Under the pieces are notes generated by a model that saw nothing but the letters and a program-made list of their open reading frames with translations, was not told the origin of the DNA and did no database searches. Below are positions 26,601 to 32,000 of a stretch of 32,000 bases of DNA, piece by piece. This stretch comes from Candidatus Baldrarchaeota archaeon (GTDB taxonomy: Archaea > Asgardarchaeota > Baldrarchaeia > Baldrarchaeales > DXJG01). The translations under genes were made by a program, and so were the position numbers. Numbering within the stretch: the first letter of the stretch is position 1; each line of letters opens with the position of its first letter. Location of the stretch: positions 120,001 to 152,000 of the forward strand of contig DXJG01000004.1 of NCBI GenBank assembly GCA_019056805.1. Reading direction: 5' to 3'.

Positions 26601-27899
26601 ATGGTTATCATCAATTTAATGGTCGCAATAATAATTAGTAGTATAGAAAGTGGACAGGAGATAGCAACAGTGATTTTACCCTTATCCAGTTACTTAGAAA
26701 TGAATATTTTGATGGTAGTGGGAATAACCGCTATTCTAGGCTTTATTGCAGGATTTTTTTTCAAAAAGGTCAGTGTGCCTGAAGTCGTAGGAATGATTTT
26801 AATGGGAGTTTTTCTCGGAGAAAGTATCTTAGGATTTTTAAGTCACAACTTTATCGAGAAAATGAAACCTTTAATCGACTTGGCGTTAGCCTTTATTGGA
26901 TTAGGTATAGGGACAGAATTAAAATTTGACTTAATAAGTAAGCTGAAGAAATCGATCTTTTTCATTCTTATCTTCGAATCCTTCGGTGCATTTGCTTTAG
27001 TCACTCTTGGTGTTTTTGCTTTAACACAAGAACTTCATATAGCGTTAATTTTTGGTGCAATAGCTATTTCTACCGCTCCAGCAGCTACAGCAAAAGTATT
27101 ATGGGACTATGGGGCAAAAGGAGATCTTACTACGACCATTTTTTCGATTCTTGCTCTTGATGACATCGTAGCTATAATTGCATATGCATTTGCCTTTTCA
27201 TATGCAGAAAGTGTCGTCATAGATGGTCAAACTGTTCTATTTAAAATTCTTTTAGATTCTCTATTGCATGTTGCAGGATCCATTGTTCTAGGCTTAATTA
27301 CAGGGGTTACATTGGTAATTTTATCCGATAAAATTAAGGATATTACCAGATTACTCTGGTTAATCTTTATATGTGTCATAGCAGTGAGCGGAATAGCTGA
27401 AACCATGGGATTTTCCCTAATATTAACAAATGTGATTGCAGGAGTCATACTTATCAATTTTTCAAATCTTAATGATAAATCTTTCTTTCTCATCAGAGAG
27501 GCAACATATCCCCTTATTGTACTCTTTTTCGTTCTAATAGGTGGCAAACTAAGGCTTGATTATCTAGCGCACATGGGTTTAATAGGTATAGCATATCTCA
27601 CATTGAGATTTGCTGGAAAATTTTCCGGAGTGGCGGTAGGAAGCCGTATATCTAGATCATCAGCCCAAATAAAGAAATACTTAGGTTTCTGCTTATTAAC
27701 ACAAGGAGGACTAGCCATAGGCTTAGCAACATCATTCTACTACAGTCTAGCAGCTTTAAGTGAAGCTGGATATTACCTCGGCACATTAGTTCTTAACACC
27801 ATAATTGCAACAACCCTAATCGTAGAAATACTAGGCCCAATCTTCGTAAAATATGCAATAACAAAAACAGGAGAAATCTACAAAAAACCTCCAACCTAA
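26601..27899 (+). CDS. Cation:proton antiporter (Na+/H+ exchanger superfamily)
   Basis: About 12 TM segments; VPEVVGMILMGVFLG, GTEL, STAPAAT, GDLTTTIFSILALDD and TQGGLAIGLA. True start may be 26670 (GTG) or 26700 (ATG). Confidence 0.9.
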   Translation: MVIINLMVAIIISSIESGQEIATVILPLSSYLEMNILMVVGITAILGFIAGFFFKKVSVPEVVGMILMGVFLGESILGFLSHNFIEKMKPLIDLALAFIGLGIGTELKFDLISKLKKSIFFILIFESFGAFALVTLGVFALTQELHIALIFGAIAISTAPAATAKVLWDYGAKGDLTTTIFSILALDDIVAIIAYAFAFSYAESVVIDGQTVLFKILLDSLLHVAGSIVLGLITGVTLVILSDKIKDITRLLWLIFICVIAVSGIAETMGFSLILTNVIAGVILINFSNLNDKSFFLIREATYPLIVLFFVLIGGKLRLDYLAHMGLIGIAYLTLRFAGKFSGVAVGSRISRSSAQIKKYLGFCLLTQGGLAIGLATSFYYSLAALSEAGYYLGTLVLNTIIATTLIVEILGPIFVKYAITKTGEIYKKPPT

Positions 27900-27956
27900 A
27901 AGTCATGCCTAACATTTCCAATTTCATTTTTAAATTGAATGGAGCCAAAAAGTAAT

Positions 27957-29792
27957 TTAATCTAAATGCATAAATCTTGGACGTTTCGAAAGAAATTTCG
28001 AGAAATATAGTGGTTTCCTTGGATATCCTTTTGTTTCTTCATGAAGACGATTTATGAGGTCATTAACGCTCATTTGCACAGTTTCTCCACTTTCTCTTAT
28101 TCTCACAGATATTTTTTTGGCTTCTTTTTCCTTTTGTCCAATTACGACAATGTATGGTATCCATTCTCGCTCTGCATCCACGATTTTTCGTCCCAAAGGG
28201 CGGTTTGTATCATCAATATCCACACGGAATCCTTCGTTTTCAATCTTTTGAGCAACTTCCTCGGCGTAATCAAGAAGTTCATTGGTAATAGGCATTATCC
28301 TAACCTGCACGGGAGAGATCCAAACTGGAAGCATGGGATGCTCCTTTTGAAGCGCGGTGTCAAACAGGGTAAAAATGTATCTTTCTATGGTTCCTATGAT
28401 TGCTGTATGTAAAATTGCGGGATATTTTTCAGTTTGATCAGCATCTATATATTTTATACCAAATCTTTTAGCGTTTCCAATATCTATTTGAACAGTACCT
28501 ATCTCTCTAGGCCTATTTAATACATCCACGATATGGTATTCAATGTTTATTGTCCAGTAGTAGTTTGCACCGGTAGCTGGATATATAGCCACAAGAACAG
28601 GTTTCCCTATGTCTTGAGCAATCTTAATGATGAAGTCTTTGTATCTTTCGTATTGCTCTGGATTCACAATGTTTATGAGAAGTTCGTAGGTTCTTTTTAA
28701 TAATTTTATTTCTTCCATTATTAATCTGTGAACTTTAAGAAGCCATTCTTTTGCTTCTTCTTCATCTTTAGTAAATACGTGGAGATCGGGCATGTAGAAT
28801 CTTCTAAGCCTGAAACTAAGCTCCACCTCTCCACTTTGTTCATATCTATAGGAGTCTGCAATTTCAAATGCTCCAAATGGTAAATCTTTATACGAGATTG
28901 TCCAATCTTTTAACATTGAAAATTGTTGATGACACGCAGCGTAACGTAGTACAAATTCCCCTCTATCAGTTTCCATCATGTAAAGTCTATCACCATAAAG
29001 TTCAGCATGTTCTTTAACCGGTTTCTCATGAAGATTGAAAAACGCAGTGCCCTTAACCTCGAAAATAGGAATACCTAATTTTCTAGTAACAATTTTAGAA
29101 TAGTCGGCCACAAGATCAAAAATTAATGCTGCGTAAGGTTCCATTCTCATATGACCATAATCAGAGTACGATTCCCATTCAAAGCCGAATCTTCTCAAAT
29201 ACCTTATAACTTTTGATTCTCCACCTGGAAGCGGTTCTCCTAACGCTTCTTTTTTCACCATAATTTGAAACTCTCTATTAAATTCGTCGAGATTTGCAGA
29301 TTCCGCATCAATTTCTCTACCATCAGGAGTTAAAATAACATACTTTTTCTCTACAGCTTTCTTTTCCTCTTTTTTCTTTTCTTCTGGTTTTATTTCCCTA
29401 GAAAGCTCCGATAAAGGATGTCCTTTCACTGAGATTTTAAATGCTTTGTACCACCCAAAAGGAGCTCTTACTACCTCCACACCTTTTTCTACAAGTTTTG
29501 ACTCCAAGTTTTTCAAAATTTCAAGAGCATTAATTGGTGAGGCTAAATTACTGCTTAAATGTGCCCACGGATATATAACGATTCTCTCTGCCTTTACTCG
29601 GTTAAATACATCTAATATATCCTTAACTGCTTTTTCTACAACTTCTTCATTATCGCCTTTTTCCACAGTAACCATTGTGACAAGCGCTTCCTCTACTCTC
29701 ACTTCTTCTTTTAAAGTATCTTCTGCAACCTTAACCGCTTTTTCCCGAGGCCCAAACTCTATCCAATCGCTATGCAAAAACACCAGCCGCAA
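27957..29792 (-). CDS. thrS: Threonine--tRNA ligase, archaeal type with N-terminal editing domain
   Basis: MRLVFLHSDW...IYPWAHLSSNLA...RAPFGWYK editing domain; RYAACHQQF, YRYEQSGE, RLRRFYMPDLH, LHTAIIGTIER and a class IIa anticodon-binding domain. Confidence 0.97.
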   Translation of the reverse strand: MRLVFLHSDWIEFGPREKAVKVAEDTLKEEVRVEEALVTMVTVEKGDNEEVVEKAVKDILDVFNRVKAERIVIYPWAHLSSNLASPINALEILKNLESKLVEKGVEVVRAPFGWYKAFKISVKGHPLSELSREIKPEEKKKEEKKAVEKKYVILTPDGREIDAESANLDEFNREFQIMVKKEALGEPLPGGESKVIRYLRRFGFEWESYSDYGHMRMEPYAALIFDLVADYSKIVTRKLGIPIFEVKGTAFFNLHEKPVKEHAELYGDRLYMMETDRGEFVLRYAACHQQFSMLKDWTISYKDLPFGAFEIADSYRYEQSGEVELSFRLRRFYMPDLHVFTKDEEEAKEWLLKVHRLIMEEIKLLKRTYELLINIVNPEQYERYKDFIIKIAQDIGKPVLVAIYPATGANYYWTINIEYHIVDVLNRPREIGTVQIDIGNAKRFGIKYIDADQTEKYPAILHTAIIGTIERYIFTLFDTALQKEHPMLPVWISPVQVRIMPITNELLDYAEEVAQKIENEGFRVDIDDTNRPLGRKIVDAEREWIPYIVVIGQKEKEAKKISVRIRESGETVQMSVNDLINRLHEETKGYPRKPLYFSKFLSKRPRFMHLD

Positions 29793-30170
29793 GAATAACC
29801 ACCCTTATAAAAAGAATGTTATTTTCTAAACCATTTTCAAAGGAAATCTTCATCAATCAGTACTAATCATTTACATTCATCCTTTTAAGTATTTCTCGAG
29901 ATAAGACCGCTAATCACTAGTAATAAGTGGTGAAAACAACTTAACCATTCAAATTCTAAACTCAATAAATAAAAATAAAATATATGCTACACGAAGTGAT
30001 ATATGTTTATTTTCCCGCATTATATGCTTCTTAAAGATTCTTTTCTTAGATAAAGACTTTAAATAACCTCTTTACTAATTTTACTAGAGAAATAAAATAG
30101 TTTAAACAGACATTAAAACATTTTATTAATAAAAATTTCAGAAATGTAAAAAATATTGGAAGGTGCTGGT

Positions 30171-30704
30171 ATGGGTAAGATAGAAATTCCGTTTATAAAG
30201 TATTCAGAAAAGACCATGGAAATAATGCAAAATCCAGGTCTTCTATTGGTTTCTGTTGGTAAAAATGGACAACCTAATGTTATGGCGATTGGTTGGGGTC
30301 TAATAGGGGTTATTTGGCGTAAACCAGTGTTCATTGTTGCTGTCAGGCCCTCAAGATACACATATAAGTTAATTGAAGAAACTGGCGATTTCACGGTTAA
30401 CGTACCATCTAAAGATATGAGTGATGTAGTAGAATATTGTGGTACGGTTTCTGGTAGAGATCATGATAAGTTTAAGGAGAAAAATCTTAAAGCAGTTCCA
30501 AGTAAACACGTAAAATCTCCAATAATTGATCAATGTCCAATCAACTATGAATGCAAAGTAATATACAAGACAAAACTAGAACCTGCTAGCATACCAGAAG
30601 ATGTAAAATCTCTATTCTACCCAGGGAATGACTATCATACACTTTACTTTGGCGAAATACTAATAGTACATGCAGATGAAGAAATGATAACCAAAAAACT
30701 ATAA
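30171..30704 (+). CDS. Flavin reductase family protein (DIM6/NTAB, flavoredoxin-like)
   Basis: PNVMAIGWG, VAVRPSRYTYKLI, FTVNVP, CGTVSGRDHDKF, CPINYEC and HTLYFGEI. ATG 30171 follows GAAGGTG. Confidence 0.9.
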   Translation: MGKIEIPFIKYSEKTMEIMQNPGLLLVSVGKNGQPNVMAIGWGLIGVIWRKPVFIVAVRPSRYTYKLIEETGDFTVNVPSKDMSDVVEYCGTVSGRDHDKFKEKNLKAVPSKHVKSPIIDQCPINYECKVIYKTKLEPASIPEDVKSLFYPGNDYHTLYFGEILIVHADEEMITKKL

Positions 30705-30861
30705 ACTGAAATCAACATGAAGCTCTTCTAAACTCTTGTAAAATTTCTTTTTATAGCTTTACAATTCTGAATTGTTAAATAATGGTTCCATTTTCATATA
30801 AAACCTAAAATACGGTTTAGATCAAAATAATGAATAAAAATAGAAAATAAAAGAAAAATAT

Positions 30862-31092
30862 TTATCCTCCACCTATTACAGGCATAACCACAACGTTATC
30901 ATTGTTTTTTACCTTTGTTTCTAATGTTGCTGGTTTACCATTTATTAATACTATTATTCTTTCCTCGTCTATTTCATCTATCTCTTTAATATTTAGTAGC
31001 TCCTTTACTTTGATAGGAAACTCTATTTTTATTTCTTTTTCTTTAAATTTAGCTAAATCAGCGATCCACCCTATCAACTTAATTTTTGCCAC
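30862..31092 (-). CDS. MoaD/ThiS/SAMP ubiquitin-like sulfur carrier
   Basis: 76 aa, VLINGK and VKNNDNVVVMPVIGGG with a C-terminal GG; immediately downstream of AOR. Confidence 0.9.
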   Translation of the reverse strand: MAKIKLIGWIADLAKFKEKEIKIEFPIKVKELLNIKEIDEIDEERIIVLINGKPATLETKVKNNDNVVVMPVIGGG

Positions 31093-31106
31093 CGATATTC
31101 ACCGTT

Positions 31107-32000
31107 CTAACTTAACTTAACATATTTCTCTAGTTCCGTAGCTACATAGCTTAAACCAAGTTTTTCGAAGGTTTCCTTGTGAGGTATACCTCTTTCATCC
31201 CATCCTCTACTCTCATAATACCAGGACAAGAGTTTTTGGAAACCGTCAAAGTCCAACTTTTTACCTGCAAACGGTCCTTTTGTTAAGGGCTCTTTGAACC
31301 ATCTGGCCGGTGGTGTATCCATGTTTCTATTCCATTTTCCTTCATACTCTCTTATCCAGAAGGCTCTGATAAGTGCATAGATTCTATCACCAACTGTGTA
31401 TAGATCATTTAATGTAAGTGTTACTCCTGTAGCGGCTTTAAGGAACTTTGCATACCATTCCAATTCAAATCCAAGTTCAATCCATGGAAGTCTACAGGTA
31501 ACAAGGCTTTCAAACATTCCTCCTCGGATCCTCTGGAACTCTATAACCTTATCAACCTTATCTTTGGTATAGGCATCTCTTCCAACCTTTATTTCCCATG
31601 AAATTACCCAAGCATCTTTATGATGTGCCCCTATTGGAGATGTACCAAATGACAGAGCCATACCTGGAGCATAGTGGCAATCGTACGCAGAGATTTCAAG
31701 GCCTTTTATGTGCATTGCCCAGTCTTTTGATTCTTCACCAATCTTTTCTGAAATTCTCTTTACTCCTTCAGCTAACAGGTCTCCGATTCCTTTTCTGAAG
31801 GCTATTTTTTCAACAAGTTCTTTTGCTTTTTCAAAGTCTCCCCATTCAACCTTCTCATCTATTAATCCTTTTTCTGAAGCTTCCATGGTGAAACCTATCA
31901 CACTTCCTAAAGATATTGTATCTATTCCATAGTTGTCAGCCATCCAAATTAATGTGGCTATTTGCTTTAGGTCTGCTAATCCAATATTTGATCCTAGTAA
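31107..32000 (-). CDS. Tungsten-containing aldehyde:ferredoxin oxidoreductase (AOR family), 5'-truncated by the window edge
   Basis: The frame stays open to base 32000 (LLGSNIGLADLKQ...). Motifs: ADNYGIDTISLG, GDLLAEG, MHIKGLEISAYD, SPIGAHH, CRLPW and YYESRGWDERGIP. Confidence 0.93.
   Translation of the reverse strand, partial: LLGSNIGLADLKQIATLIWMADNYGIDTISLGSVIGFTMEASEKGLIDEKVEWGDFEKAKELVEKIAFRKGIGDLLAEGVKRISEKIGEESKDWAMHIKGLEISAYDCHYAPGMALSFGTSPIGAHHKDAWVISWEIKVGRDAYTKDKVDKVIEFQRIRGGMFESLVTCRLPWIELGFELEWYAKFLKAATGVTLTLNDLYTVGDRIYALIRAFWIREYEGKWNRNMDTPPARWFKEPLTKGPFAGKKLDFDGFQKLLSWYYESRGWDERGIPHKETFEKLGLSYVATELEKYVKLS

Noticed and set aside
28041-29829. Plus-strand ORFs 28041-28412, 28054-28251 and 29446-29829
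   Set aside because: Antisense shadows of the highly conserved thrS.
29793-30170. AT-rich region upstream of thrS, examined for a T-box or other leader RNA
   Set aside because: No T-box consensus or stable GC-rich hairpin; looks like ordinary divergent promoter DNA.
1081-31932. Remaining short (60-113 aa) ORF-track entries overlapping larger genes on the opposite strand or frame
   Set aside because: They overlap well-supported genes and have no motifs or RBS; treated as spurious.
1-32000. CRISPR arrays, IS elements, integrases, rRNA and tRNA genes
   Set aside because: By eye I found no regularly spaced direct repeats, transposase or recombinase motifs, or GC-rich structured RNA segments. 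A tRNAscan/Infernal run would be needed to exclude small RNAs.

Overview
Gene-dense, AT-rich archaeal chromosomal window. It looks like an uncultured anaerobic TACK- or Asgard-type lineage, judged from the archaeal-type ThrRS, IorAB, AOR plus MoaD, GvpD/RAD55-like ATPase and GAGGTG/GGTG Shine-Dalgarno motifs with frequent TTG/GTG starts; the taxon cannot be fixed from sequence alone. About 29 genes are supported. The left third is accessory-like: MazG-like pyrophosphatase, vapBC pair, creatininase-family enzyme, alpha/beta hydrolase, a solitary Eco57I-like N6-adenine methyltransferase, several membrane proteins, a KaiC/GvpD-like ATPase and a large cell-surface protein. The rest is mostly metabolic: M14 and M24 peptidases, MBL hydrolase, LLM oxidoreductase, ferredoxin, IorAB, GH114-like hydrolase, stand-alone LigD phosphoesterase, Isf-like flavoprotein, acyl-CoA dehydrogenase, MDP-1, cation/H+ antiporter, thrS, flavin reductase, MoaD and a partial AOR. 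I saw no rRNA, tRNA, CRISPR array or IS element. The most notable observations are: a surface protein with a GPS/HFS-like H-T|S motif just before its membrane anchor; an unannotated decayed HExxH fragment next to it; a small orphan protein ending in a PIP-box-like motif; an M24 protein with a rebuilt metal site; an acyl-CoA dehydrogenase with a winged-helix-like tail; a CxxHxxC ferredoxin; and a 1-bp frameshift at the 3' end of a SAM methyltransferase. All functional calls come from motif recognition by eye, not database searches.
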